From: an uncultured Candidatus Saccharimonas sp.
Lineage (GTDB): Bacteria > Patescibacteriota > Saccharimonadia > Saccharimonadales > Saccharimonadaceae
Assembly (NCBI GenBank): GCA_963522115.1
Contig: CAUQWN010000001.1
Coordinates: forward strand, 212,916-276,915
Length of the DNA stretch: 64,000 nucleotides
Direction of reading: 5' to 3'
Within the stretch, counting starts at the first letter, position 1, and the number at the start of each line of letters is the position of its first letter. The notes under the pieces were generated by a model. The model was not told where the DNA came from and did no database searches. It saw nothing but the letters and a program-made list of their open reading frames with translations. The translations under genes and the position numbers were made by a program. Positions 27,499 to 37,311 of this stretch are shown one piece after another.

Positions 27499-29745
27499 TT
27501 AGAATCTTGCAGCTTTTCGGCTAGCGAAGTAGTAACCAAAGGCGGTCACCATTGATGTTAATCCAAGAATTGCAGAAAGTGTATTTGCACCAGTTTGTGG
27601 CAATTCTGTTGGAATATTTGGTGTTGGGTTGTTTGGTGTAGGTGCTGGTGGAGTTTGTTTCTTTGGAATTTCCACTTTTGCGCTATCACAACCATCATTA
27701 TCACCAGGAATTGTTGGCGTATCTACACAAGCTGTATTTACAGCAGTCATTCCTGTTGCTGTTGCTTGTGATTTAATTGTAATAGTTTTGCTTTCACCAA
27801 CTTTCAAAGATTTAATCTTTAGAGTTAAAGTATTATCTTTGATTTCACCGCTATCGGCACTTACAAAAGTAATATTTGCTGGTGCACGGTCGGTTACAAC
27901 AACATCTTTCAAATCAATATTTCCGTTATTCGAAACTGTAATCTCGTAGTTAAAATCAGTATTTGCTTCAATTTTAGCATTTTTCTGATTATTTACAGTT
28001 TTCTTGATAAGGATTGAAGGTTTTTCTTCACGTTTAACTTCAAAAGATTTTTCACAATTTGAATTTGAGTTTTCGCCATCTTTTGTGATAACTGTTGAAG
28101 AAATTGTGAATTTGCCAACAATTTCAATGTCGAGTGTTAATTTTGAGCCGTTATTTACAGTTTTCTCGATTATAATTTTACCACTTTGATCTTTTACGAT
28201 ATATTTAATGCCAACGAATGTTGTGTTATTTGCAGTATAAGAAGTGTTAAATTCGAATTTTGTTCGAGAGATTTGGTTAATTGTAATATTTCGACATACC
28301 AATTCCGATTTAGATGGAACTGGCGCTGAAGCTTTAGTTTCGAAAGATTTTTCACAGTTAGTATTTGAATTTTCACCGTTTTTAGTGACGATTGTTGAAG
28401 TAACTGTGTATTTTTCGTTCACATTATTTGGAACGGTAATTTCGAATTTAGTTCCACCATTTACAACTTTTTCGGCAACAACTTCATTTTTTGAATTTTT
28501 TACTACATATTTTGTGCCAGTAAATTCTGTATCTTTTACTGAATATTTTGTGTCAGCAGCATAAGTGATTTGCTTTTCATCTTTTCGGATAATGTTCAAA
28601 CTTAAAGCTTCACATTTATAAACTGGATTTTTAGGAGTTTCACATTTTTTTGTAACTTTTACGCTTGCAGTATCGTTTTTAACGATTTTTTGGTCACTTG
28701 CTTGAGCGATGTTAGTTAGAGTGTTATCTCCACAAACTGGCAAACTATTCTCAGCTGAAACAGTTGCGTCAAACCGAACATAAGCGTCGCCATTTGGTTG
28801 ATATGAACCGATATTGATTCCAGAATTTTGAATTACATTGTCGCTGACTTTCAATCCTTTTGGATTTGATGTGTTGTAGAGCTTTGTTGAGCCTGCAACA
28901 TAATTCAAGCCTTTTGGTAGAATGTCGCGAATTACAAGATTCTGAATTCCTGCAGAACCTGTATTTTTAGCATGAATTTGGAATTGAACTGTGTCGCCAG
29001 ATTTTGCATTTGCAGTTTCAACCCAAGATTTTTCGCCATTTGTTTTATTTCGAACTGTTTTTGCAAGGTCGATGTTAGTTTTTTCTTGCGGTTGGCTAAC
29101 TTGAGCTTTAACTTTAACGGTTACATAACCTGCATATTGGAAACATCCAGGAATTTTTCCGTCAAGTTTATCATATCCAAGTTTTGCTCCAGTATTATTT
29201 ACAATACTGTCTGGAAGTTTAGTTGTACCCATTCCGTTATTTTCGAAAAGAGCAGAACCAGCAACATAAGCTAAGTTGAAGTCATTATCGCTTGAAAAAG
29301 TTGCTTCGTCCCAAACTGTGTTAGGTTTTGCATTTGAAGCTGAAATCTGACCTTGAACAGTCACATTTTTTGCTGTTGTTGTTGGAACGTTAAGTTTTGC
29401 TACTACGTTTTCGGCAACAAGATTTAAGTTCGAAGCTGCGTTGTTGTGAACGTACATTCGAACGTAATATTCTTTGCCATTTTGAACTTTCATATTGTTT
29501 GTCCATTTTGCGTTTGAGCCAACTTCACGAATTCCAACGAAATCTTTTTCGTCTCCGCCGATCACAGGGTTATTTGTGATTGAGTTGAATGTAATATAAT
29601 CTGCTGGTTTTTCAATAGTGAATGATGGTCGAGCTGGACCCCAAGCCCAAACTAGAGCTGGAGCTACTGCTGCCACCAAAACTGAACCAGAGATTATTGA
29701 ATGGTTTTTAATAAAATTAATGAGTTTTTTCATTTGGTCCCTCAT
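27499..29745 (-). CDS. LPXTG-anchored multidomain surface protein with DUF11/CnaB-like domains
   Basis: Signal peptide; two DUF11-like domains (LAKTV..GDTVQFQI..KNTG..VIRDILP; IKKTV..YEITVSNNG..VVTDRAP); Pro-rich linker; LPQTG + TM + RK tail. Start is 29745 or 29733. Confidence 0.88.
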   Translation of the reverse strand: MRDQMKKLINFIKNHSIISGSVLVAAVAPALVWAWGPARPSFTIEKPADYITFNSITNNPVIGGDEKDFVGIREVGSNAKWTNNMKVQNGKEYYVRMYVHNNAASNLNLVAENVVAKLNVPTTTAKNVTVQGQISASNAKPNTVWDEATFSSDNDFNLAYVAGSALFENNGMGTTKLPDSIVNNTGAKLGYDKLDGKIPGCFQYAGYVTVKVKAQVSQPQEKTNIDLAKTVRNKTNGEKSWVETANAKSGDTVQFQIHAKNTGSAGIQNLVIRDILPKGLNYVAGSTKLYNTSNPKGLKVSDNVIQNSGINIGSYQPNGDAYVRFDATVSAENSLPVCGDNTLTNIAQASDQKIVKNDTASVKVTKKCETPKNPVYKCEALSLNIIRKDEKQITYAADTKYSVKDTEFTGTKYVVKNSKNEVVAEKVVNGGTKFEITVPNNVNEKYTVTSTIVTKNGENSNTNCEKSFETKASAPVPSKSELVCRNITINQISRTKFEFNTSYTANNTTFVGIKYIVKDQSGKIIIEKTVNNGSKLTLDIEIVGKFTISSTVITKDGENSNSNCEKSFEVKREEKPSILIKKTVNNQKNAKIEANTDFNYEITVSNNGNIDLKDVVVTDRAPANITFVSADSGEIKDNTLTLKIKSLKVGESKTITIKSQATATGMTAVNTACVDTPTIPGDNDGCDSAKVEIPKKQTPPAPTPNNPTPNIPTELPQTGANTLSAILGLTSMVTAFGYYFASRKAARF
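28035..28620 (-). repeat. Two tandem ~100-aa (300-bp period) Cys-bounded Ig-like repeats inside the surface protein
   Basis: KY.VK....EK.VN.G.K...K.T..ST..TK.GENSN.NCEKSFE.K occurs twice; DNA similarity is visible at 28041-28080 versus 28341-28380. Confidence 0.85.
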
Positions 29746-29846
29746 TTTCTCCCTTCTAATCTCCACTTATTAGAATTTATTATTAGTATCATCATAATTC
29801 TGTTTGTCAATATTTTGTTTTCTTCGCTTTAGCCGAATTGTTAAAA

Positions 29847-29876
29847 CTTAAAATCGGGTTATTAAGAAGTATCAAT
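29847..29876 (+). repeat. Left copy of a ~30-bp imperfect inverted repeat (partner at 31426-31456)
   Basis: CTTAAAA-TCGGGTTATTAAGAAGTATCAAT. Confidence 0.8.
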
Positions 29877-29881
29877 GTAAA

Positions 29882-29906
29882 GCCGGGCGGCGGAAAACCG
29901 CCCAGC
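29882..29906 (-). terminator. GC-rich hairpin downstream of the orphan gene (weak U-tract)
   Basis: Minus strand GCTGGGCGG-ttttccg-CCGCCCGGC followed by TTT only. Confidence 0.6.
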
Positions 29907-29962
29907 GTGAGTTTCGAAAGATTTTAATCTTTCACAAAGTGCAATCGTTAAAATCAAAGTTG

Positions 29963-31351
29963 CTAGTCATCAATTGCAGGCTCGCTCATAGAGCTGTTAC
30001 CTGCGAAGTTAGCCGAACTACTTGGAGCCGTAGTTCCATTTGCTCCGGATTGAACTGCTGGAGCAGATTGACCCACCAAGCCATCGTATTTCCGGCCATC
30101 TGGGGTAGTTACAGATCCATTGTCGGTCAACTTTGTGGTGCCGTTGGAATCAGTAACCGTGCCAGCGCCAGACCATTGAGATGGCTCACTTACACGAGCA
30201 TCTTGTGCTGGTGCAGATGAGCTTGCCGGTGCAGATGGAGCTGTTGGTGCAGAGTAGCTTTCAGGTAATTTTGCCTGAGTGGTCTCAGTACCATTTTCGG
30301 AGCCATCATTTTGGCCGCCCCCAACAGGGGCTTTTCCTTTGTTGTACGGATCTTTGCTCGGATCCTTCGATGAAACCTTGCTTTCGCTCGGTTTTGAAGG
30401 CTCTGATGGCTTTTCTGGCTTTGGTTTTGGAATTTCGATTTTTTCTGTCGGAATTCCGGGAATATTGTTATTTTTCATAACAGTATTTCCACAGTAAACC
30501 AAAACACAATAGCTGTACTTCTCAGTTGAACCCTTAGGGTTCGAAACTTCAACATACTCTTGACCTGAAAGGTCAAGTGCATTTTTGCTGATAACTACAT
30601 CACCTTTGTCATTGACGCCAGTAGTGTAGTAGTTTGAATTATCTTCCATTTTCTTGGAAGAAATTCGACTCCGTGAAAGAAATGCCTTCGTTTGATAGAA
30701 AACATCCTTTCCCTTGCTATTGTAATAAACCTCCCTGTTATTCTTCTTTTCTAGCCAGTCTTTAACGTCAGCTTTTGCGTCAACGATACCGAAAGCCATA
30801 GCCTTCTCTTTCAAGGCAGTTGCATTATGGCTCATATACTGAACCATTTCGTTAACCGCGTTTTCAGCGTTTGCTGAAAGAGTGTTTTTATCTGACCCAT
30901 TTGCAAATACTTTGTGTTGCGTATTTGCAATTTGGCTGTCGTAAACTACAGTATCGCCGTCGACCTTATAGTCGACGATCTGGAACTCTTCCTTCGGAAG
31001 ATCCATATTTGAATTGGCTACGGAAGAAGTAGCGACCGTGTTATTGCTTGCATTAGCACTTTTTGGTGTCAAAAACAAAAAGTACAACGCTGCTCCGCTA
31101 ATTGCAAGTATAAACAGTGCACCGATAGCTGTTTTTAGCCAAATATTTGGCTTTGACTTTACGATTTCAGTACTAGCAGCTTCATTATGCTTCAACTTAT
31201 TTAGAATGCCTTGAAGGTATTCTAATTTTTCTTCGTCGGTTTTGAAAGCTGAGGCGTTAACCTTAACTTGATGAAACCATTTCATTGCCTTCTTATCGTC
31301 GCCAATAAAACCTTGGATTTTCTCTAATAGTTCTTTGATTTTTGTGTCCAT
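29963..31351 (-). CDS. Orphan bitopic surface protein with Pro/Ser/Thr/Gly-rich C-terminal tail
   Basis: Strong SD (GGAAAGGAAGGTG) before the ATG at 31351 (MDTKIKELL); one TM helix; extracellular domain with CVLVYCGN; low-complexity tail. Confidence 0.8.
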   Translation of the reverse strand: MDTKIKELLEKIQGFIGDDKKAMKWFHQVKVNASAFKTDEEKLEYLQGILNKLKHNEAASTEIVKSKPNIWLKTAIGALFILAISGAALYFLFLTPKSANASNNTVATSSVANSNMDLPKEEFQIVDYKVDGDTVVYDSQIANTQHKVFANGSDKNTLSANAENAVNEMVQYMSHNATALKEKAMAFGIVDAKADVKDWLEKKNNREVYYNSKGKDVFYQTKAFLSRSRISSKKMEDNSNYYTTGVNDKGDVVISKNALDLSGQEYVEVSNPKGSTEKYSYCVLVYCGNTVMKNNNIPGIPTEKIEIPKPKPEKPSEPSKPSESKVSSKDPSKDPYNKGKAPVGGGQNDGSENGTETTQAKLPESYSAPTAPSAPASSSAPAQDARVSEPSQWSGAGTVTDSNGTTKLTDNGSVTTPDGRKYDGLVGQSAPAVQSGANGTTAPSSSANFAGNSSMSEPAIDD

Positions 31352-31425
31352 TTTTATTTCACCTTCCTTTCCATATATTTTTTTATTATTTTGGCTAAAA
31401 CAATAAATGAACACTGAGGTACACG

Positions 31426-31456
31426 ATTCATACCTCATAATAACCCGATTTTTAAG
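31426..31456 (-). repeat. Right copy of the ~30-bp imperfect inverted repeat
   Basis: Minus strand CTTAAAAATCGGGTTATTATGAGGTATGAAT; 27 of 31 columns identical to the left copy. Confidence 0.8.
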
Positions 31457-31499
31457 CTTCATTGACAGATCTGCTGATTATGATATGTCAACTGCTAGA

Positions 31500-31528
31500 A
31501 TTATAGCACAAAAGTATTAAAAAGTCAA
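31500..31528 (-). promoter_or_regulatory. Sigma70-type promoter of the orphan surface-protein gene
   Basis: TTGACT-17 nt-TATAAT with TG extension. Confidence 0.8.
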
Positions 31529-31612
31529 TAAGTATATAATATATATTAAATAAACGCAAGCACTTTAACTTTTTTAGGAAAAATAAAGAAAAATCACCTT
31601 CGAAAAGGTGAT

Positions 31613-32044
31613 TTATTGTACTGGTGGAAGCCTACGACTTTTTTTAGGATTCTCCTTTGTCCCATTCTTTTTTAGATCACTTTTATGATATTCCTCTATT
31701 AGAATATCACAAATTTTTGTTAAAATCGATGGTTCTTCATCTTCTTCATCAGTGTTGGGCGTTAAGGAATATGCCAAAACGACCAAAATCACACCCGCGA
31801 CCCAGAGATACCATTGGGGAAGTGTGTTGAATAAAATCCCAATGAAAATGAGAGTTCTGATGAAAAATCCAGAACTCCACCAAAAATCGCATATTTTAAA
31901 ATACTTGTCTAGTTTAACTACTGCATAGAATGTTGCGAGAACAAGTACTCCATAGACAACTGCGAGATCGTCGAGAACGCCAAAAGTAATGGCGTTAGCT
32001 GTTCGCAAAACGAATAAAAGTATATTTGCAATAAGGTTGATCAT
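31613..32044 (-). CDS. Orphan membrane protein
   Basis: 143 aa with 3-4 hydrophobic segments; SD GAGGGG; promoter TTGACT-17-TATTAT (32109-32137); terminator AAATCACCTT-cgaa-AAGGTGATTT at the 3' end. Confidence 0.75.
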   Translation of the reverse strand: MINLIANILLFVLRTANAITFGVLDDLAVVYGVLVLATFYAVVKLDKYFKICDFWWSSGFFIRTLIFIGILFNTLPQWYLWVAGVILVVLAYSLTPNTDEEDEEPSILTKICDILIEEYHKSDLKKNGTKENPKKSRRLPPVQ

Positions 32045-32200
32045 TTTTTCAACCCCTCTTTCATTAAAGATTTTCCAGTCCAGTATAGAAATGTACTAGA
32101 ATACTTATATAATAACATAAAAAACTTAAAAAGTCAATGAGCGAAGCCTTCGAAAAAAGAAGAAAGCTCCAAAACTGAAGCTTTTTGATATAATTTCAAT

Positions 32201-32277
32201 TGGTGGGTGATTAGGGACTCGAACCCCAGACCCTCTCGGTGTAAACGAGATGCTCTAGCCAACTGAGCTAATCACCC
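32201..32277 (-). tRNA. tRNA-Val(UAC)
   Basis: GGGTGAT...TCTCG-TT-TAC-AC-CGAGA...ATCACCC-A-CCA. Confidence 0.95.
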
Positions 32278-32404
32278 GAACAATTACTATTCTAGCAGAC
32301 TTTTTTTGTAAAGTCAACAACTTTTTTCATTTTTTGAAAAAATATTAAAGTTATGTTAAGATTATCTAGATGAATATGTAAAATCGAAAGGTAAAATAAA
32401 AATA

Positions 32405-32854
32405 ATGGATACGCGAAAACCTAATGGGGTTGGTAAAAAATATGAAAAATACGCAGAAAATAAAAAACACGAGGGCGAAGACTATAATTTTTACGACAGA
32501 GTAATACGCGACAATTTGGTTATAGAAAAATTTGAGCATTTTGTGCTGGTTGAAAACCTGTTTCCGTATCAGATTTGGGATGGTTTTGAAGTTAAAAAAC
32601 ATTTGCTCCTGATTCCGAAAAGATTTACAGATACAATTAGTAATTTTTCGCCAGCAGAAAAAGAAGAGTATTTTGAAATTTTATCAAAATATGAAGCTCA
32701 GGGTTTTTCAATTTACGCTCGTGCGGCACAAAATATTCGAAAAACTGTTAAGCATCAGCATACGCATTTAATAATTTTAAATTATAATCGGCGAGTGCGT
32801 TGGCTATTTAATGTTACAAATAAAATTCTTTGGTGGCGTAATTTCTCTAAATAG
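32405..32854 (+). CDS. HIT (histidine triad) family protein
   Basis: NLFPY, HLLLIPKR, TVKHQHTHLI triad. Confidence 0.8.
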   Translation: MDTRKPNGVGKKYEKYAENKKHEGEDYNFYDRVIRDNLVIEKFEHFVLVENLFPYQIWDGFEVKKHLLLIPKRFTDTISNFSPAEKEEYFEILSKYEAQGFSIYARAAQNIRKTVKHQHTHLIILNYNRRVRWLFNVTNKILWWRNFSK

Positions 32855-32926
32855 TTTAGTTGATTTTTAGCGAAAAAAATGGTAGAATATTTAAAGTTTT
32901 ATAATAATTTTTAATAGAGAGAAAAT

Positions 32927-34753
32927 ATGAAATCAGAAAATATTCGAAATGTAGCGATTATTGCTCACGTTGACCACGGAAAAACAACTTTGGTGGATGG
33001 TCTTTTAAAACAGAGCAATACTTTTCGTGAAAATCAGGCTGAAATGAGCCAAACGCTTTTGATGGACTCAGGCGATCAAGAGTCTGAGCGCGGAATTACA
33101 ATTACCGCAAAACAGACATCAATTTATCATGGTGATTATAAAATTAATATTATTGATACTCCGGGGCATGCCGATTTTTCTGGCGAGGTTGAACGCACGT
33201 TGAATATGGCGGATGGTGTAATTTTGGTGGTGGATGCTCAAGAAGGCCCAATGCCGCAAACTAAATTCGTTCTTTCGAAAGCGCTTGAACTTGGCTTAAA
33301 ACCAATTGTAGTGGTAAACAAAATTGATAAACCAGCTCGTCGAATTACAGAAGTGAATGATGAGGTTTCGGACTTATTTTTGGAGCTCGCTACGAATGAT
33401 GATCAATTATTGTATTCAACTTATTATGCAATTGGTCGTGATGGTAAAGCTTGGCCAGAAGTGCCAGAAAATCCTGAAGCAGATGCAAATTTCGAGCCGA
33501 TTTTTGATGCGATTATTAATGAAATTCCTGCGCCAAAAGTTGATCTTGAGGGTGATTTTCAGCTACTTGTAACCTCTTTGACTTATGATAATTTCTTAGG
33601 AAAATATGCGATTGGGCGAATTTCTCGCGGAAAAGTGAAATCTGGCGAACAAATTGCTTTAATTAAGAGAGATGGCACGGTTAAAAAGGCTAAAATTGAT
33701 AAACTTTTTGCATACCGTGGTTTGAACCGTGAGGAAATTCAAGAAGCCTTTGCTGGAGACATCGTGGCGATTACGGGTATCTCTGAAGCTGAAATTGGTG
33801 AAACTTTAGCTGATGTAAATAATCCAGAATCCCTACCAACAATTGAGGTTGAAAAACCAACACTTTCGATGTATCTTGGCCCAAACACCAGCCCGATGAA
33901 AGGCCGTGAAGGTGAGTTTACGACTTCACGTCAAATTGGCGATCGGCTAAAGAAAGAGCTCGAAACAAATGTTTCACTACAAGTTGAAGAAAGTGGAATT
34001 GGTTTTATTATTTCAGGTCGTGGTGAACTCCACCTTTCTGTTTTGATTGAAACCTTGCGCCGTGAGGGCTTTGAGTTTGAAGTTGGTCGCCCACAAGTAG
34101 TTACAATTCAGGAAGACGGTATCGAAAAAGAGCCAGTTGAAGAGCTAATTATTGAAGTTGCGCCCGAATTTGTTGGTGCGGTGAGCCAAGAAATGGGGGC
34201 TCGCCGAGCTGAAATGCGTGCTCAAGAAAGCCTACCAACAGGAGCTACTCGCTTAACTTATATTATTACAACACGCGCAATGATTGGTCTTCGAAATCTA
34301 ATGCTAACTGCCACAAAAGGCACGATTATTATGAATAGCTTGCCGTATGGTTATCAAGAAATGGGAGCTAAAATTCCTTCAAGCCGAAATGGTGTATTGA
34401 TCGCTTTCGAAAAAGGAGTGTCAACACCTTATGCACTTCAAAGTGCGGAGAGTCGTGGCGAATTATTCATCGGCCCAGGAACTGAAGTTTATGCCGGAAT
34501 GATTGTTGGTTTAAATAATCGCCAAGAAGATCTTGAAATTAACGTTGTGAAAGAAAAACATCTCACAAATATGCGTTCAAAATCTTCTGATGGCGCAGTT
34601 CAATTAACACCATATACAGATTTAAGCCTTGAACAATGTATTGATTTTATTGAAGATGATGAGCTCCTTGAAGTTACGCCGCAGAATTTGCGTCTCCGAA
34701 AGCGCTATCTCGACTCAAATGAGCGCAAACGAATGGTAAAATCTACTAAATAA
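32927..34753 (+). CDS. typA: Translational GTPase TypA/BipA
   Basis: [59 protein letters not shown]. Confidence 0.97.
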   Translation: MKSENIRNVAIIAHVDHGKTTLVDGLLKQSNTFRENQAEMSQTLLMDSGDQESERGITITAKQTSIYHGDYKINIIDTPGHADFSGEVERTLNMADGVILVVDAQEGPMPQTKFVLSKALELGLKPIVVVNKIDKPARRITEVNDEVSDLFLELATNDDQLLYSTYYAIGRDGKAWPEVPENPEADANFEPIFDAIINEIPAPKVDLEGDFQLLVTSLTYDNFLGKYAIGRISRGKVKSGEQIALIKRDGTVKKAKIDKLFAYRGLNREEIQEAFAGDIVAITGISEAEIGETLADVNNPESLPTIEVEKPTLSMYLGPNTSPMKGREGEFTTSRQIGDRLKKELETNVSLQVEESGIGFIISGRGELHLSVLIETLRREGFEFEVGRPQVVTIQEDGIEKEPVEELIIEVAPEFVGAVSQEMGARRAEMRAQESLPTGATRLTYIITTRAMIGLRNLMLTATKGTIIMNSLPYGYQEMGAKIPSSRNGVLIAFEKGVSTPYALQSAESRGELFIGPGTEVYAGMIVGLNNRQEDLEINVVKEKHLTNMRSKSSDGAVQLTPYTDLSLEQCIDFIEDDELLEVTPQNLRLRKRYLDSNERKRMVKSTK

Positions 34754-34781
34754 TAACGCTTGACAATTTACTAAAATATTT

Positions 34782-34814
34782 AAAAATCGCCCCAAGGACA
34801 GCGGGCGATTTTTT
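34782..34814. terminator. Bidirectional intrinsic terminator
   Basis: AAAAATCGCCC-caaggacagc-GGGCGATTTTT. Confidence 0.85.
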
Positions 34815-34833
34815 AGGTTTTTGAAAGTCTTAA

Positions 34834-34908
34834 TTATTTTTCGCGACTTGTTCGAACGTTCACTGAATAAGATTCTTCAGATTGGTTTACTCGAATAACT
34901 TTAAACAA
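34834..34908 (-). CDS. Putative 24-aa small protein (MFKVIRVNQSEESYSVNVRTSREK)
   Basis: SD AGAAAGGA, TTG start, TAA stop; lies between a consensus promoter and a terminator. Confidence 0.55.
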   Translation of the reverse strand: MFKVIRVNQSEESYSVNVRTSREK

Positions 34909-34973
34909 AATGTTTCCTTTCTATAATCATTTTTTATTTTGATACTTTTTATTTTTTGGATGATTATGTTATC

Positions 34974-35002
34974 ATTATAGCACAAAATTATTTGTATGTC
35001 AA
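34974..35002 (-). promoter_or_regulatory. Perfect sigma70 consensus promoter
   Basis: TTGACA-17 nt-TATAAT with TG extension. Confidence 0.85.
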
Positions 35003-35175
35003 TAGTTTTATTGTTGAATTGGTGTAATATATTTTATAGAGTTGGGTATGGCTGGAACAGAGTTTTGCTATTTTTTAGTAATATAAAATATATAGCCTAT
35101 GAAATAAAATAGTTGAATAATTAATGAGTTTATGTTAAAATTGTGTAAAATATTTTCAAAATAAAAAGGAACAAA

Positions 35176-36492
35176 ATGTTTAACAAAAAAACTATAAATG
35201 ACATTGATGTGCGAGGAAAAGTAATTTTGCTTCGTGCAGATTATAATGCACCTATTGAATATTCAGAAGATGGTTCAGCGAAGATTTTGAATAATTATCG
35301 AATTCGATCAAGCTTGCCAACGATAAAAAATTTGATTGAACGAGGGGCTAAAAAAATAATTATTATTTCGCATATGGGGCGACCAAAATCGGTTGAAGGA
35401 ATTGCCGATTTGGATGAACTTGAACATTTGCCTAATGGAACTCGAAAATATTCTTTGCGACCAGTTTTTAATAATTTGCGTGAGCTTCTACAGGCTGAAG
35501 GCTTGAATTTTCCGATGAATTTTCACGCTACACCAATCTTTCCGCGAACACGATACTCGGTTTCAATGAAAGATGCAAACGATGATTATAAGATTGAAAT
35601 GTTAGAGAATTTGCGTTTTTCGAAGGCTGAAAAAAATAATTTACCAGAATTTGCGGAAGCGTTAGCGCAGGTTACTGGTGCGGACTTATTTGTGCAAGAT
35701 GGTTTTGGCGTTATCCATCGTGAGCATACCTCAACTAGTGAAATTGCCAAAAAAATGCCAAGCGTAGCTGGTTTGTTACTTGAAAAAGAATACTCGACAA
35801 TCTTGCAAGCTTTTAAGAACCCCGAAAGACCATTTGTGGCAGTAATGGGCGGTGCGAAAATATCTGATAAACTGCCGTTAATTGAGAAATTTATTGAGCG
35901 AGCTGATAAAATTATCGTAGCTGGAGCTATGGCGAACACTTTTTTAAAATATTTAAATGTTGAAGTTGGGAAAAGCCGAATTGAAGATGGTCAAAATGAG
36001 ATTATTGAGCAGATTTTTGAGCTTGCGGAGCGAAAAGTTGGGTTTAATAGTTTGCGAAGTTTCATAATTTTGCCAGAAGATGTTGCTGTGGCGAGTGAAT
36101 TTTCGAAAGATGCTGAGAGAATTGAAAAGCCTGTTACGGCGGTTTTAGAAAACGAGATTATTCTTGATTTAGGAGAAAAATCGATTCAGCGAATTGAAAA
36201 TGAAATTTTAAATGCAAAAATGATAGTTTGGAATGGAACGATTGGTTATGCTGAATTTGAGAATTTTGCAAAAGGCTCTTCTCAAACTTGTTCTGCAATT
36301 TCGAAAGCTACAAAAAATGGTGCAAAATCAATAGTTGGTGGTGGTGACACTTCAGCTTTTGTTTTGGATTGGTCGATTCAAAATGTGGAGAATGCAGATT
36401 TTTCATTAATTTCAACTGGTGGTGGTGCAGCTCTTGAATTGATGAGCGGTGAAATTTTACCAGGATTTGAAGTTCTAGAAAATAAAGCATAA
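35176..36492 (+). CDS. pgk: Phosphoglycerate kinase
   Basis: RADYNAP, SHMGRP, LENLRF, GGAKISDK, GGGDT, ISTGGGA. Confidence 0.96.
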   Translation: MFNKKTINDIDVRGKVILLRADYNAPIEYSEDGSAKILNNYRIRSSLPTIKNLIERGAKKIIIISHMGRPKSVEGIADLDELEHLPNGTRKYSLRPVFNNLRELLQAEGLNFPMNFHATPIFPRTRYSVSMKDANDDYKIEMLENLRFSKAEKNNLPEFAEALAQVTGADLFVQDGFGVIHREHTSTSEIAKKMPSVAGLLLEKEYSTILQAFKNPERPFVAVMGGAKISDKLPLIEKFIERADKIIVAGAMANTFLKYLNVEVGKSRIEDGQNEIIEQIFELAERKVGFNSLRSFIILPEDVAVASEFSKDAERIEKPVTAVLENEIILDLGEKSIQRIENEILNAKMIVWNGTIGYAEFENFAKGSSQTCSAISKATKNGAKSIVGGGDTSAFVLDWSIQNVENADFSLISTGGGAALELMSGEILPGFEVLENKA

Positions 36493-36533
36493 GAATTTAC
36501 AAAAATAAAATAAAATGATAAAATAAAAGTATT

Positions 36534-37301
36534 ATGGATAAAAAACTTGTTATCGCCAACTGGAAAATGAACTTAAATATGCAGGAATCGAGTATTTTTT
36601 TGCATAAATTGAGTGATAGAATTCAAGCTCATCGTGGAATGGAAATTATTCTCGCGCCATCAACTTTCACTCTGCAATCTTTAAGCTTGCAAGTTAATCA
36701 TAGGCAATTTAAGTTAGCGGCACAGAATTTTTACTGGCGAGATCACGGAGCTTTTACTGGCGAAGTAGCAATTTTACAGCTCCGCGGAATTGTTCAGTAT
36801 GCGTTAGTCGGCCATTCTGAAAGGCGAAATATTTTTCACGAAACAGATAAAGATATTCGTGCAAAAGTTGCTGCAGCGATTCGAAACGATATTCGACCAA
36901 TTTTGTGTATTGGTGAAACATCTGATGAGCGAAATCATAATGAAACTGATTTAGTTCTAAACGATCAGCTAATTGGCGGGCTTGCAAATGTATCAAGTGA
37001 AGATATTACGAAAGTGATTATTGCGTATGAACCGGTTTGGGCGATCGGAACTGGTGTGAATGCTAACCCTGATGATATTCGAAAAGCGGTAAAAGTTATT
37101 CGAAATCAAATAAAACAACTTTATGGCGCAAAAACTGCTGAGAATATTCAAGTAGTTTATGGTGGAAGTGTCCAGCCAGAATTCGCAACAGATTATGCAA
37201 ATATTAGGGGAATAGATGGTTTACTAATTGGCGGAGCGAGTTTGAGCGTTGAAAAATTTGCTAAAATTGCAGAAAAAGTTTTTGAAACAATAAAAAAGTA
37301 A
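36534..37301 (+). CDS. tpiA: Triosephosphate isomerase
   Basis: ANWKMN, GHSERR, AYEPVWAIGTG, YGGSV, LIGGASL. Confidence 0.97.
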   Translation: MDKKLVIANWKMNLNMQESSIFLHKLSDRIQAHRGMEIILAPSTFTLQSLSLQVNHRQFKLAAQNFYWRDHGAFTGEVAILQLRGIVQYALVGHSERRNIFHETDKDIRAKVAAAIRNDIRPILCIGETSDERNHNETDLVLNDQLIGGLANVSSEDITKVIIAYEPVWAIGTGVNANPDDIRKAVKVIRNQIKQLYGAKTAENIQVVYGGSVQPEFATDYANIRGIDGLLIGGASLSVEKFAKIAEKVFETIKK

Positions 37302-37311
37302 AAGGAAAAAT

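Noticed and set aside
29847..31456. Insertion sequence or transposon
   Set aside because: No transposase motifs in the cargo and no target-site duplication flanking the repeats.
31352..31462. N-terminal extension of ORF 29963-31462
   Set aside because: A strong SD precedes ATG 31351, and the extension runs through the structured leader and inverted repeat.
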